Of a stretch of 64,000 nucleotides of DNA, positions 13,550 through 28,639 are shown piece by piece; position 1 is the stretch's first letter; each line of letters opens with the position of its first letter. The position numbers and the translations under genes are program-made. The notes under the pieces were generated by a model that saw only the letters and a program-made list of their open reading frames with translations, searched no databases and was not told the DNA's origin. The DNA comes from the human T2T-CHM13v2.0 reference genome, Homo sapiens: assembly GCF_009914755.1 (NCBI RefSeq), contig NC_060926.1. One strand, written 5' to 3'.

Positions 13550-16260
13550 CAGGGAATGCGCATAGGGGAAAACGCAAGTCCCCACGCCATCACGGGGCCC
13601 TCCACCGCGGCCGGACGACCCCTCTCTCGGGAGTGACTGGGGCAGGGCACCTGGCCTCAGGTTCGAGCGGAGCCTGCACTGAGAGGCAGGAGTTGGATGA
13701 ACCACTTGTAGGGTCTGCTCCCAGCTACCCAAAGCGAAAGGGTGGGCGAAAAAGCATTTGCAAAAGAATACATTAACCTCACAAGGAACGACCCCCACCA
13801 CCCATCCTCCAGCGCCCAAGGTTTCCCACGAAGAGGTCGCCATCGCCCTTCTCCAAGTTGGGTAGAACCTATAAGGCATCACCAACTGCATCTCAAACCA
13901 ACCAAGCAAGTGACGCTCCAAAACCTCCCTAAATACCCTCTCTCCCCAGCATTCCGAACGCAACATCAAGGGCGAAAAGAGGCTGCACAAATCACATAGA
14001 AAATTAGACCGCCTCTTTCCATGGCGATAATCGAATTAGCCTCAAATTAAACGTGAAATTGGCCCTCTCCGGCTGTGGAGACAAAGCCCCTATTGTCCTG
14101 CTCGGGTAGCGGCAGCAGCAGTGCCCACCCCGCCCCGGCCAGCCTGGTCGGTCCCCGCCGCTGGGAGGATGAGGTCCGGGCTGGACCCGGGAAGAGCCTC
14201 AGCTGGAGAGGACGTGGACGCGCCCGAGGCTCGGCTCCCTGGGCGGCTGCGGGGCTCCGGGCAGGAGGAGAGGGCGGGCGAAGCAGAGGGAGCGGGCGGG
14301 AGTGGGGAGGGAGGAGTGCGGAGGGCGGAGGGCGTGCGGGAGGGATCCCGGGAGTGCGCTTGTGTGTGTGTGCGCGCGCGCCCGCCCCGCGCGCTCCTCT
14401 CCCCGCCCCTCGCCCCCTCCCTGCGAGCGCCCTCCTCTCCTCCTCCCCCCGCCCCCCGCGCTCCCGCCCAGCCCCCGGAATCAGTGCCGCTGTTGCCGTG
14501 CAGGCTGCGGATTCCTCCAGTCCCTCCCTCGGCCGCCTCTCCTCCCGGAGCGAGCGCGCAGCCCTGCGCAGCAGCGCCCACTGGTCCCGTCCTGTGAGCC
14601 CCGGCCCCAGCCGCGGACAGACCCGCGGAGTCGCCTCCCGGCCCACCCGCCCGGCCGCCGAGGAGCGGGAGGAGGACGGGACCCCGGCGCCCCCACCCCA
14701 TCCCCGGGAGGTAGGTAGGGGGCCCGAGGCAGGGAGATGCCAACTCACTGGGGCTGCCTCCCGGGCGGGCTCCGCGGCGGCGGACGGGCGGGAGGAGGGG
14801 CGCGGGCCCAGGGCCGGAGGACGCCGCTGCCCGCCTGCCCTGCGCCCGGGGAGCCGCGTGGGGGCAGGGAGGCTGCAAAGCCCGGGCGGGGGCGGCGCGG
14901 GGAGCCCGGGTCGCGGGTGCTCATTGGTACTCGGATGATGCGGGACGAGGGGCGGCAGGCTCTGCGGTGAGGCGGCAGCAGACCCGCCGTGCGCACCGCT
15001 GCCGTCCGGCCCCAGCCCCGGCGCGGCGCGGCGATTCCTCCTCCCTGCCTCCGCCGGCGCCTCCCTGCAGCCGGGCGCGGCGGCCCCTGACGCGGAGGCC
15101 CCTGGCGCGGAGGTGGGTGCGGAGCGGACAGCGGACAGCGGACAGCCGGAGGGTCTATTTTCAGGTGCCCTCTCTGTGGCCCCGCGGGTGGGGAGCGGGG
15201 GCGGCGGTGACAGGGCCGGGCTCTGCGCGTAGCGGTGCAGGGGATGCGGCCAGGCGTGGTCCCGGCTGCGCCGCGCTGCAGCTGAGCCGGAGGCGGCGGC
15301 CCCGCGCCCCCACCTCCGCCCCATCCCTGCGCTTGCTACCCTCGTGCGCCCGCCCCCCCCCCCCGCCCTTTCTGCCGTCCCCACTCTCCCAGGGCTGGGC
15401 GTGAGCCGCCTCCGGGCGCCGAGCCGCCGCTGCGCCCGCCCTTCAGCTCCTGCCACCCTCTCTTCAACAGGTTTGTCTCAGCGCAGGGACCCTCCGGGCC
15501 TGCTTTGGGTAGGTGGGCTGGCTCGTCATCACCCCCCACACCACGCCCACGGCCCTCTTTTAGGGGGCGCCTTCTCTTTGTTTTTGTGATAGGAAAGGTG
15601 CCAACTGCTGCCATCAGATGGGGAGGGGGTGGGGATCAGAACGCAAACCTCTGTCCATTATTTTTCCAATCGAAAGCCAGGCCAGATAGTAAGTGAGGAC
15701 AGGGTGCGTGTGGGGGTGCTTCGGCGGAGGAGAAAATTGAATTCGGTGGGGTTTATTTGGGCGGGGATGTGCTTTTTTGGCAAGATGGATGGCTCACGGT
15801 GCCCTCGCCGTGATGCAGCACAATGCAGCAGTATCGCAGCTTCCTTGGTTCTCGCTGGCGGGGCTTGGCACGGCCGCTCGGCGCCTGCGGCCCCCGCCCG
15901 GCCCCACCCAGGCCCGGGGCTGCCCTTGGCCGAGGCCTGGAGCTGCTGCTACCTTGTCCTGCAGCTTCTGCTGGATGTGGCGTCAGGAGGACCAGGTCAG
16001 CTAGGTGTGAGCAGGGGAGAGTCTTTTCTTTTGGGATGATCCCTCCTGCACCTCTTCTTGGGCTGCGCTCTGCCGGAGGGGCGCCCTGCATCACCAGTGC
16101 AGGCAGAGGGGAGCCGGCCTGTGGTTGCGGATCGGAATCTGATCTGCGACCAGGGGACCTGAGCCATAGGGAGGGGCTGCAGGAAGGACTGGGCCCAGTG
16201 GTGTGCGGAGGCAATGTTGCAGTGTGGGGAGTCGCAGCGTTTTTCTGTGGATCGTCCATA
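13550..16260. promoter_or_regulatory. CpG-island promoter
   Basis: Very high GC and undepleted CpG over ~2.7 kb against CpG-poor flanks. Many GC-boxes (gggcggg/ccgccc) and no recognisable repeat. Confidence 0.92.
14460..14710 (+). other. Putative non-coding first exon (5'UTR) of a + strand gene; resembles PPFIBP1 exon 1 from memory, unverified
   Basis: Lies just after a GC-box cluster, has no ATG in 14460-14710, and ends at a strong donor GAG|GTAGGT (GT at 14711). TSS position is inferred. Confidence 0.6.
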
Positions 16261-18261
16261 ATCTGTAACCACAACCCAGCTATGCATTAATTTTTTCTAC
16301 GTGAAAAGTTGGTGTTTATTAATTGGACCTTCACAACTGTGACATTACAGTACCTCGTCTGTCTTTGGTTAATACCAAGTATGCATTTTTTCTGTAGGAA
16401 ACCATTTTTAAATGAAATGATTAATGCATTTTGGGTTTTATGTCACTAAGACATTTATAAGTATATTAAAATTCAGTAGGTTGTTTTAAAAGGAATTTAT
16501 ATGTTTTTTAATGGATAGTAAATGATTCCTTTAGCTTGTATTTTGTTTTCATCGTTTGCTTTTTCTAAGTCAAGTACAGTTGCATTATTTGGATGCTTTA
16601 TTAAGGATTATTAGGTGTATGAGTGTCATGATGGGGGCTAAATTGGTATTCAGATTTCTATTGATTGAGGTAGCCAAGTTAAGTGTCCGGGCGTAATTAA
16701 TGGGATTATGACAGTAACACTGCGTTTGTGTTTGTTTATATGTATTTTTTGTATACATATTTTTCACAGCTGTGACTGGGGAGAGGGTGGAGAAGGGCAG
16801 ACCACCAAGGCCTCTTGACTGGCATCTAGTCAGAAGGAGATGGTTCCCAGTGTTCTCATGTTTAGTCTCGGCCAGGACACAGGGAATTTCCCTTCTAAAT
16901 GCCATCTCTATAATTCATTATTCAGTGTGGGATGGCAAATGGGATATATTTCAAATGTCAACCCAGGCTTTCCTAAAATGTTTAGGTGAAAAAGGAAATT
17001 TCAATATGCTAGTTGGAAGGGAAGGTCAGTGTTTACAAGCCAAGGGCGTGCCTGCTTGTATTTTTAAATATTTCTAATGAATCCAAGTTAGTTGCTTTTG
17101 ATTTCATGTGGCTCTGCAGAATAGAACTGCATGTACATTGTGTGGTGTATGTGCGTTATTTTGAGTTTCTCTAATAGCCATTAAAATATGAGACTTTTTG
17201 TGCTGGTTGTGTAAAATCGTGTTGCGTACAGATTTTTATGAATGTTGTTCCCATGGATCATCCAAACGTTTTGGATTTACTTTGTTGTAAGAAATATCCT
17301 GTGTTGATGTCACAGGAGGTTTAGCTGTTCTGACTTACACAGCAGGTGCAGAATTCTGTTGGGTTAAGCTCTTTGTAACTCTGTCATTACTGGAGTGACC
17401 AAAACCTTCATCTGAGAGGAGAAGTATTGGGCAGTGAAGGAACTGCTGTCACTAGGTCGTCTCCCACAGTTGAGGTTTTCTGTGAAGAACTTCTCTTGGG
17501 CAAGACTAGTAACAACTATCTGTGATGTTGCAGAGCAAATGAGAAGACCTCCCTCTACTTGTGACACATCCTGAGCAGAGGCTTGGCATTGGCAGAGTTT
17601 CCTGGAAGGGTTTGTAGAGTGGTTGCTTTGTCTTGATGTTTGAATGTATGACTTTACATGTGGAAGTACTATTTTGACGTGGAAGGATTTTACTACTGCT
17701 AACATAGACATGATTAGTGGAAATCATTCAGTGTGGATTTTGTCGAAATAATTTTAAGCTTTTCTTTTTAATAGCATATTCTTATAGAACATTTTAAAGC
17801 CTAATTTTTTTTACGTGCAATGACATGATGCTCCTTTAATTATGTTGCATCGTAACTAGTATCTTCATTATAATTGGGCTTTATTTAATGGCAGCCGTAG
17901 TTTCTTTCACTACATTATTGGAAATGCAAACCATTCTTCCAGAAGGAAGGGGCTAACTACCCCTGTTAGAAGAGTGAACTTTGTAGGTCTGTGGAAGTGA
18001 GTAAAGCATCTCATGGGTTTTTCTTGTAAATTTTCAGTCTTTGCTTTTTCTCAGGGCATCTTTTCTTTGCAAAAGACCTAGTTTAGTACTCTGATTTTTC
18101 CGGTAGCACTTGTAATTATATTTAAATTTTTATTGTGTGGGAATAACATCATCTATTTTTTTCTACTCAGTGGTTAAAGGAAATTACACCAATTAGATAT
18201 ACCTGTGTTTCTATTTTTAAACATCTCTGGAGAAGGCATTTTCATAATGTCCTTTGCTATC

Positions 18262-18410
18262 ATAGTGAGGTTCACGGACCTTCAACATTAGAATCGCCTG
18301 GAAGCTTGTTGCAAATGCAGATTCTTAGACCCCACTCTGAACTCAGCCAATCGGAATCAACATTTTAACAAGACCTTTAAGTGAGTTGTATGCACATTAA
18401 ATGAAGAAAC
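18262..18410. mobile_element. MER5B-like hAT-Charlie MITE
   Basis: cattagaatcgcctggaagcttgttgcaaatgcagattcttagacccca...cattttaacaag. Confidence 0.7.
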
Positions 18411-18918
18411 TCTATTCTGTTCCTTCAGCAAAGGGACCTCAATATCAAAAGTTTCCTTCTTGAATTTTCCTTTCTTTTGCTGAAGTATCAGCACATTTTT
18501 TTCCTTGATGGTGGTGACAAAAGTGAGGCTCTCACTGTAAATTATTTGTTTAATACAAAATTATTTTATAAAGCTGTTCTTTAATTGTTGGTGGAAGAGT
18601 CCTATATACCATGGTTTATTTAGATTAATCAGTGTTTTAGGTTGTTTTGTAAAACACCTCTAAAGTTGAAAAACAGTCTTTTTCCCCTCTGGAAGAAAAA
18701 GGCATTGGTTTTGAGACATCAGAGCTGGAGCCTCGGAAGCTAACCCCTGAGCAAAGGGTCCTCTCTGCTCCCTCTGCTCTGGCATCTTGATGTCTGTCAT
18801 CTGATATAGTCAATGTCCTGCCCTCTCGTCCAGTCTTTTCTTAGAGTTCTTTTTTGAATCAACTAATTGGTAGGTACAAAATAATGTTCCTAAAATATAT
18901 GTTAAAGAATCGTAAACC

Positions 18919-19254
<336 letters not shown>

Positions 19255-19279
19255 TCAGGAAGAGCCTTATACATTCAGA

Positions 19280-20170
19280 GCCCACCTCCATCATCCCATC
19301 TGAAACAACCCATATCCTTGATTTTGTGCATATCATTCCCTTCTCTATGGTTTATCCTTTTTAAAAAATCTTGATTGTGTATGATTTTGAACTTTATATC
19401 AACAAAATTATACTTTATGTATTCTTCTGACTCACATATTTAGATTAAGATTCTATTCCCAAGGTTTATCCATTTCATGGCTGTATTTCATTCAGTTTCA
19501 CCTGCTGTATAGTATTCTAACGTGATTTATTTATTCATTGTACTCTAGATGGAGATTTGGATTGATTCCAGTTTTTTTTGCTATTGTGAAAGGGTTGCTG
19601 TGAGTGGTTTTTGTACACGGCTCTTGGTACATATGTGGAGGCACACACACCCATTTGCTGTCTCTAGGGAATGAAATTTTCTGGCTCACAGGGCATATGC
19701 ATCATCAGCCTTAGTAGAGAATGTAGAACTGTTTTTTACAAAGCGATTATGTTGATCGTGTTCCCACTAGCCATAAGTGTTACAGTTCCAAAGCCTTGCC
19801 AGTGCTTCACATACCAGGCTTGAAAATCTTTTCCAGTGAAACATTATCTCACTGTGATTTTTATTTACAATTTCTCTGATTATTGAGTTTGAATGTCTGT
19901 TTACATTATTAACCATTTGGGTTCTTCGTTTTGTGAAGTACCTGTTCAGTCTTTTACCCATTTATCTTATTAATTTGTAGTTCTGTATGTAGATTACTAC
20001 TAATCCTTTGTGGATTACATGTCTTGCGACAATTACTTCTCAGCTTGTGTTTTTTTTCTTAACTCGAATTTGTGATTTCTTTTGATGATCAGTTATTTGT
20101 AATTTAGCAGAGTCATAATCAGTATTTTGTCCTTTAAAGTTTGTGAGGGTAATTTTCTTATTTCAGAAAA
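19280..20170 (-). mobile_element. Old L1M fragment
   Basis: The minus-strand ORF 19767-19961 has L1 ORF2-like LNRYFTK...IIREI; reverse 3'UTR motifs present. Confidence 0.6.
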
Positions 20171-20184
20171 GTTTTTCTTTGTTT

Positions 20185-20410
20185 GGAAAGAGCATTCGTT
20201 TTGGAGTCAAACAGGTTGTGGGCCCAAATCCTAATGGTGTTGTATACTAGCCTTATGGCTACCACTAGGTACTGGCCTTGAGCTAGTTAGTTACTCAAGA
20301 CCACAGTTTCCTCATTGGAAAAATCAAAATAATATTAGTTTCTCTTAGTTATGATACAGCAGTGTACAGTTCCAGGCACATAGTACGTATTTAGTTGATA
20401 ACAGTTGTTT
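20185..20410 (+). mobile_element. MIR
   Basis: ttggagtcaaacagg...cagtttcctcattggaaaaat...ggcacatagta. Confidence 0.6.
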
Positions 20411-20999
20411 CCTTTCTGTTGGGACTGCCTAAGCACTATGACCCACTGATCCCTTTTGGTATGCTTTGCAAAAACTACCTAAACCTTTTTATGTCAGGAG
20501 AGCTATTAAATGGCTTATTCTAACTTTTGTATTTTAAAAGGCTGCATTACCAATGGCATTTATATATTGATTAATACAGTCTGAAGAGACCACTTACTAG
20601 AAACCCTTATCAGTTTAGGTTCTGGTTCTTGAAAGTAATGTAATTACATTTATTTGTACACAGTTCTTTTGACCATTAAGCATTTATAGTATTAATGATC
20701 TTCCTTTACTGCTACTCTGAGATTACTTTGTAATATTGTTTTTTATTTAATGAATAATTATTGGATACATTATCTTGCCAGGACTTGAAGTTGTTATGGT
20801 TTTGTGGACTGGCTTAAAGTTGAATAAGAATTAGTTCCTGAATGAAAGGACTGTATACTCTAGTATATGGAATATATTTTATGTACTATACAGAGAAGGT
20901 AAAATACCTTTAACAGGCTGGATGTGTGACTTTGGCAAACCTTTAACCCTCCGGTCTCAGATCTAATTTTATAAAATGGAAGACTTAGATGAAATCATA

Positions 21000-21160
21000 G
21001 TGGGGGTTAAAACATGGCACATGCCATCACTCGCTTCTGTTCCTGGCAGACATCGAAAATCAGTAATGGTACTCTTTTTCCACTGAGCTGAGATAGTCTC
21101 AGTCATATTCTCGACATGGTGTTCTAGGCAGTAACTACCACTCGATTAAATCTGGCATTC
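21000..21160. mobile_element. Ancient hAT MITE (MER117-like)
   Basis: catggcacatgcc...tggcagacatc...ctctttttccactgagc...ctaggcagtaactaccactcgat resembles the recalled consensus. Confidence 0.45.
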
Positions 21161-21199
21161 AGTTTTTAAGCTCCTGTACACTTCTAAATTCTGTGATTA

Positions 21200-21660
21200 T
21201 AAGATACTTGAGAAACTCATCACCTTGGCAGTGTTCAGAATACAGTGAGACTGGAAGAAACTAGAAGCAAGGAGACAGGAGAGAGGTGACTGGGGGTCCA
21301 GAAGTAAAGGGAGCAAGTTACAGTGGTGGCCAAGGGAACAAGGAGAGGAGAGATGGGAAAATGGTTGTGAAGGCCCAATCCTATGCGAAGCTATTTGTAG
21401 GGTAAATGGATGGCAGGATGGATGGGAGGTGGACCTAGTGGGTGACGAGCTAAGCTAAGGTGATAAAGATTTCAAATTTGAATAATGACAATGAGCATGT
21501 TTGGTGATGATGACAAATAGACAAGTCAAGTGCATGATTGGATATTTGATTGGGAAGAGTATCAGTTTTGCTTTAAACATGTTTGAGTTTGAGGTTCCAG
21601 CACAACCCTCAGTGGAGCTGGAGAGAGGTCATGGCTAGAGAGGCTGATGGGAGGCTTTGG
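21200..21660 (-). mobile_element. L2 fragment
   Basis: Purine-rich reverse L2 motifs (gaagcaaggagac, cagttttgctttaaacatgtttgagtttgag). Confidence 0.5.
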
Positions 21661-21669
21661 ATGGAGGGG

Positions 21670-21860
21670 CCCTGGGCCCCAGGCTTCAGGCTCTTTACAC
21701 AACCCACCCACCTCGCTCACACGCTAAGTGACCTTGGGCAAACTGCCTAGACTTCTTTGTGTCCCTCAACATCTTCATCTGTAAAATAGTCGTAATGAGA
21801 GTATCTACCACATAGGATTATTAAAGCCAAATGAGGTAATTCAGCGCTTATCACAATAAA
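21670..21860 (+). mobile_element. MIR
   Basis: gtgaccttgggcaaact...ttcatctgtaaaatag. Confidence 0.65.
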
Positions 21861-22874
21861 TTTTAATGATTATAAAATGTGGAATTTTTGCTTAGTTTGA
21901 CTTAATATTATGCTTTCTTTCAAATAAACAGTTTGATTTGTTTAGAAAAGGTATATTCTAGCAAATAACAATCATTTAGATAAATAATGCTAAGTTCCAT
22001 CTGTATTAAACCTGTTCCTATACATCATGTCAAAATAATAGGAAAGGAAAATCTGATTTATATATATGTATTTTTTAAACAAACAATAAAATGCTAAAGC
22101 CTTAGTAGCTAAGGAAATGATATGAGCAGATAGTTTATAAAAGAAGAAATCAAGGAGGTCGATAACTGTAAGTTCAAACTCACCAGTGTATGAAATACAG
22201 ACTAAATTAATTAATTTTTCCACTTAATGGATAGATATTATGCTCTGGGCTGCTGTGAGATGGGAGCTCTGCATCACCTGTTGAGAGCATATTTTGATTA
22301 ATACAAACTTAGGGGAAAACAGTTGGGTTATATATATGTAACAGAAGCCTTAAATGCTTATACCTCTTGAACTGAAATCTCACATGTAGCTTGGTAACCT
22401 ACAAAAACAATTAAAAATAAGGACAAGTTTTTAAACAAGGATTTTCTTGGCAACATTAATAGAGAAAAGGGGAAATGTTTTTTAATGGAACATAATCAAA
22501 TAAATTATGGCGCAACTGTAGGGTGGAATTCAATGTAGTGCTTAAAATAATGGTTTGGAAGAATATTACTGAGATGGGAAGATGCCGGTAATACAGGGGT
22601 TAGTGGAAATATCTGGATGCAAAATTGTATAGTGTACTATAATCCTGGTTTTACTGTATTAAGTAAAAGACTGGAAGGAAATACATTAAAATGTTAATGG
22701 TTTGCTTTGGATGGTAGGTTGATGGGTGATTTCCTCTCTTGTATGAAAGGAAATTCCCATGACTTAATGTTTCTCTTTTTGAGTTTTGAAATATTTCACG
22801 GTAGAGAAGAATGCAGTAAATAATATAATAGATGACCATGAGGACCATTTGTTTTGGTTTGTTTGAGGAACTTT

Positions 22875-23250
<376 letters not shown>

Positions 23251-23799
23251 TAAAAAGGAAAGAAAAAAGTAAATCTGTCCAATTGTAGATCATTATTAAG
23301 AAATAGTTTTAAATCCAGCGATTGTTATATCTGTCCTTCTTTGCAGTTTTCTAAGAGCAATGATACAGTGTGTAAGTTAGCATCTTAAGGGTATAGGTGT
23401 GAGATAAATTAGTGTATTCAAATGTATTAATTCTCTACACTAACCTAGGCAGCTTGAAAAGAGCAGAGGACCAGGGTTCTTTGGTATTTCCAGTCTCCAC
23501 ACTTGAGTGCAGAGCAGTGGAATTCCATGACGTGCATGTTCTCACTCGTGGAAACCTAAACACTGCTACTGGAGCTAGTTTGTAACCATTAGACCATCAG
23601 GTTTCAGTGGAATTGGTCAGAAATGAAGGTAAAATTCCAAGTGAACATTTTAAAATAAAAATCACTTCAGATTTAGATTTACTTTCAGTGAATGGTATCT
23701 CAGCATCTGGGAATATTGTAGGCTAAGATTGAGAGGAACTAATTTTAATATTCTTCGTTTTTTGTATGAAAAGAAATTCCTGTGCAATGTTATATTTTT

Positions 23800-23835
23800 G
23801 TATATATACATATATGATGCATACATATCATGTTT

Positions 23836-23872
<37 letters not shown>
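23800..23872. repeat. (TA)n microsatellite
   Basis: Pure AT-dinucleotide run at ~23839-23872 with a degenerate TA-rich 5' flank. Confidence 0.95.
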
Positions 23873-23875
<3 letters not shown>

Positions 23876-25275
23876 ACACACGGGAGAGAGAGGTGTGTGT
23901 TTGATTGAGTAATCTCTACCACGAAGGGAGGCACATATTTTAAAACATTTTAAATGGGGAATTTTATAGAGACAGTATTTTGAAAAGGAGTCCCATGAAT
24001 GAGTCAAGTTGTCCTTAGCCAGTGGAGGAAATGTTTGGGAGGGAATAGTACTTTCTATTTTATGGTCCAAGTCTCTAAGTGTGTTGGTACTTTGTGAAAT
24101 GTAGCTTATAAAAATTAATGAATTTCCATTAATTTTGTATTTTTTCTGCCATCAGCTTTAACTGAGTGGTTGTTTGAAGAAGCTTTCAGGATTAATTGTG
24201 CTTTGACATATAAAAATAAGATGTTATCAAGATTGCTTTAAAACTGACCCTTGTTTATAGGAGTCATACTTCCATTCTTAAGAAACTCTCAACTGTGACA
24301 GTAAACATCTGAGTGATTTTTAGAACCATTTTAATATCTCTGCTCTAGAATCGAGAATGCCCTGTTAGTTCTGATTTTTAATATACAAATTTGAAGCCAC
24401 TAGTTAGGCAGTAAAATATGTATTAGAACATAACTATAGATTTTTACCCAATAGATCAATTAGTATGAAATTTAGGATGATATATAAGTACAACAGAATT
24501 TATTCCTTTGAGGTATGTATTTTCAAAGTGTAATTTGTGTAATTAAGTATGTTTATTCTTAGAAAGTTCATGAGCCTATTAACATTGGTTATCTTGGGTA
24601 ATGGAATTGCAGAAGATTTCATCTCTGTATATTTTTTTCTCCATATTTTTTAAGTTTTAGGAAATAACAAATTCTTGTTCTTTATCAAAAATATCCTAAC
24701 ACTTCTGACCAAACCTCATTTTAGCTGGATACAAACTAATCAAATAATTTACCAGCTAAATATACTTTCTGCTGTTCAATTTTTTTCTACCAAACTTACG
24801 GAAAAGCAGTATTAATAATGAAGATATAAAGAACACTGAAATTTTTGAAAGATCTTTTCATTCCTTGTTTAAATGTTCATTTTTGTTACAGCCTTGGCAG
24901 TTCATTACTTATGCAGAGTGTGGGAAAAGCTCTAAGAACTGGCCGAGAGAGCTCCTGACAGAAACATTGTCCAGGAGGAATCAGCCACTAATGGCCACTG
25001 CCTTTGGCTCTCGGTGAAGTTTCGTTTCCCTACAGTACTCTTGGGTGGCTGTTTCAGGGATACATTTTGTTCTAGTGTGTTTGCCTCAAGGCCAAATATA
25101 AATGTTGAAGGGCTGTACATTTTTCTGGAATGTTCTTCACCAGCTGTAAAGTCTTGGGCTGGGATAGGGATAGGGGATTTTTTTGGGGGTGGGGGGGCTT
25201 TTTTCTCTTTATCTTATTTACTTGAATGGGAAGGAAAACTTAGATTCTTCCTTAAAACAATGTTATTTATTTTGA

Positions 25276-25636
<361 letters not shown>

Positions 25637-25965
25637 TAGTGATTACAATAGTTTTAAAAATTAAAATAGTCTTTGTATTTTTACCACCTTAGAATCCCTG
25701 ATTTTTTTTTTTAAATTTCTGCTAATACACATAGTATATGTGGTTTTTTGAATGGCTTATGAAGACTATATACCATCATAAAGGCATAAGTTAGTATAAA
25801 ATCATCATAACAAAATACAAAAGTATTTTTAAGATATCTTTTTATTACTGAAATAATAGATGTTTTAGATCATATGGAAACTAAAGATGAATACAAAGAA
25901 GAAAATTAAAATCACTAGATACTATGTGACCCCGGAAACATACAGTTAATATTTTAGTGTTTCTC

Positions 25966-26310
<345 letters not shown>

Positions 26311-28639
26311 TTATTTATTTTAGTGTTTCTCTTTTAAGCCTTTTTTTTCTGTGCATGTTTCTTCATCTCACACATACATATTAAGGGCCAATCCTCCAAT
26401 CTTAAACTGAAGATGTAGAGTTTTGACAGTCTCTATAATGACATGATGATGTTCAGCACTCTTGCAGCTTATGCATGTTGCATGGCAAAACATAAAATCT
26501 AATGACTGGTCTATAGTTAAAGCTGTAGCATGAACACTATCTGTTGCCCTGAGCTGTTTTAGGGGTGGGATGTTAAAGAAAAATGGAAAGGAAGAAAGAA
26601 TTCAAAAATTTGTTTATTATAGCTGTTTCTCTTTTATGAATAATGTCTTTTTACAATGGAAAAATACCAGAAATTAAATTCTCATTAGATAATGTGCTTT
26701 CTGTTTTGTTCTGAAGGGAATTCCCATCACAGTTGCATCAATTCCCCTGAGAGACATCTCCATATGCTTCGGACAACATCTGATTTTACTTTTGTGTTCT
26801 GATTTCAGAGTCTTTGAAATACCTATCCCATAATGTGTCGCAGTGGAATGGATGTGGTTATTATAATCTTGGTTTTAAGTGTAATAAATTTTACTGGGCT
26901 GGGTTTGGTTGTAACTGATGAAAGCATATACTAGAGCTCAGCTTTCTTGGGGTCTTTGTATTAGCTGGATTCTTTACAATTCTATCTTGGGATTTAGGAT
27001 CTGTTTCAAGAAGAAAAAGCGTTATTTCTATTTGATTATGCAAGCCAGTTCTTTAAGCCTTTAGGACATCAGATGGATGGAGGTGACTTGCTGGCCTTTG
27101 TTGCCTTTAACTCTAGTATTCGGCTTCTTTCTGAGGAAGGTGCCAAAACGGCTTCCGTATCTGCTGAAGGAAAAGAGGGAGTGGGAAGAGGGGAGAAATA
27201 TTTCATTGGAAGATAAAAAAAGCTCTTTCCAGCAATTTCCTTTAGAAACTTGGGGGTTGCTGTTAGTCTCATTTGGGTAATGGGCCCCAAGGAAAAGTGA
27301 CAAATGGCCTTCTTCTGGGGTTTAAACACTAAAGGTCAGTGTTGGCCCTTTTCACAGTTAAGAGGGAAAAATCTGAGCTGGGCTGGGTGGACTTTCTCCA
27401 ACTAAGGGATTCTTCTGAAACTCCTAACCTGATGGGAATCATTTTGTTTGCAGGTGGCCAAAGCCCATCAAGGGAAATGCTTGATGGTTACTGTGCCTGA
27501 GCTGCCTGAAGACTGGTGTAGGAGTCTCAAGTTGATCTTGAGGCAGCTGCAAATGTTAGGTCTTGACACTTGGGATGGCAACAAGACCAGGCAGTGCCCA
27601 GAGTGGTCCCAGCGGCCTAGGTTAGAGGAGGGTAGGGGGCTGGAATGTGGCCTTAGCCAGTCCTCTGAGCAGATGAGAATACCTGTCACTATTTCAGGAG
27701 ATGAGTTGTGGTCAGAGATATCAGTCAGGTGACTTCTCTGAGAGGGGCCTGGTCCTTCTCACAGCAAGATTGACAAGTCTGTGCTGCCAGTTGTCCCTAA
27801 ATACCCAATTTATCTCCTGGGGTGGAGTTGGGGAAGTGCCTCTAGCCTGGAGCAAAGAGATCTGCCTGCCATTTCGGAAGGAAAGAAACCAGCACACATC
27901 CTGTCTTTCATTCTCTGTTTCAAAGGTAGGTTTTTGTCTGTTTGCTTGTTTTTAAATCAACACCCAGGGCTAAAGGAAATCCCGAGTTTCCCTGATAATC
28001 AGGATGATTTCTTATTTTGAAAGGCCTATTTTGCCTTCGAAGTGTGTGTTTCTGACATAGGTTTCATCCTAGTTCTAGAAATCTTGCTTAATTCATAAAA
28101 GGTAAAAGTTTAATTAGAGAGAAGGCTGATGTATCGTCTTGTTTCAAAGGGAGACTATTCTTGTCTGTCATTTGAATTTTTTATATATATTTTTTCCGGC
28201 TGTGAAGAAATATTTTATTGGTACATGTGTACATGCATTTTTTATTCTTAATTATAGTATGTATTTTCACTGGACTACACTCTTGTTAAAGGAAACTTTG
28301 TTCACGTGAAATAAACCTATCTTTAGTGAGTCATACTTGAGAACTGCTTCTCAGTCTCCTCAACTTTTAAAGTCAGTGGTATTTCATGTAAAGAGTGTAT
28401 CGGTAGCTGGCCTATCTCTGGAATGTTGTGCAGCTGTGCAGAGCGTGAGTCTCAAATGTGCTAATTAAATATGTTTTTTAGCAAGAATGGAATGTAGCAG
28501 CATTTGAATGGCTTCAAAAAACATTCCATTTTGTTTCTGAAGAGGGCTTTTTTCGTTTTTGCCAAATATTAAAAATTAGAGAGTACACTGACTTTTAGAG
28601 GATGTATTGCTATGTTAAATTGTTCTGTTCACCAGAACA

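Noticed and set aside
14047-15456. 469-aa minus-strand ORF and overlapping 140-290 aa ORFs
   Set aside because: Low-complexity Arg/Pro/Gly/Ala translations open in several frames at once. This is expected from stop-codon scarcity in a CpG island, and no domain is recognisable.
26420-26437. ttttgacagtctcta resembling the U4 snRNA 3' end
   Set aside because: Only ~15 nt match and the upstream U4 sequence is absent.
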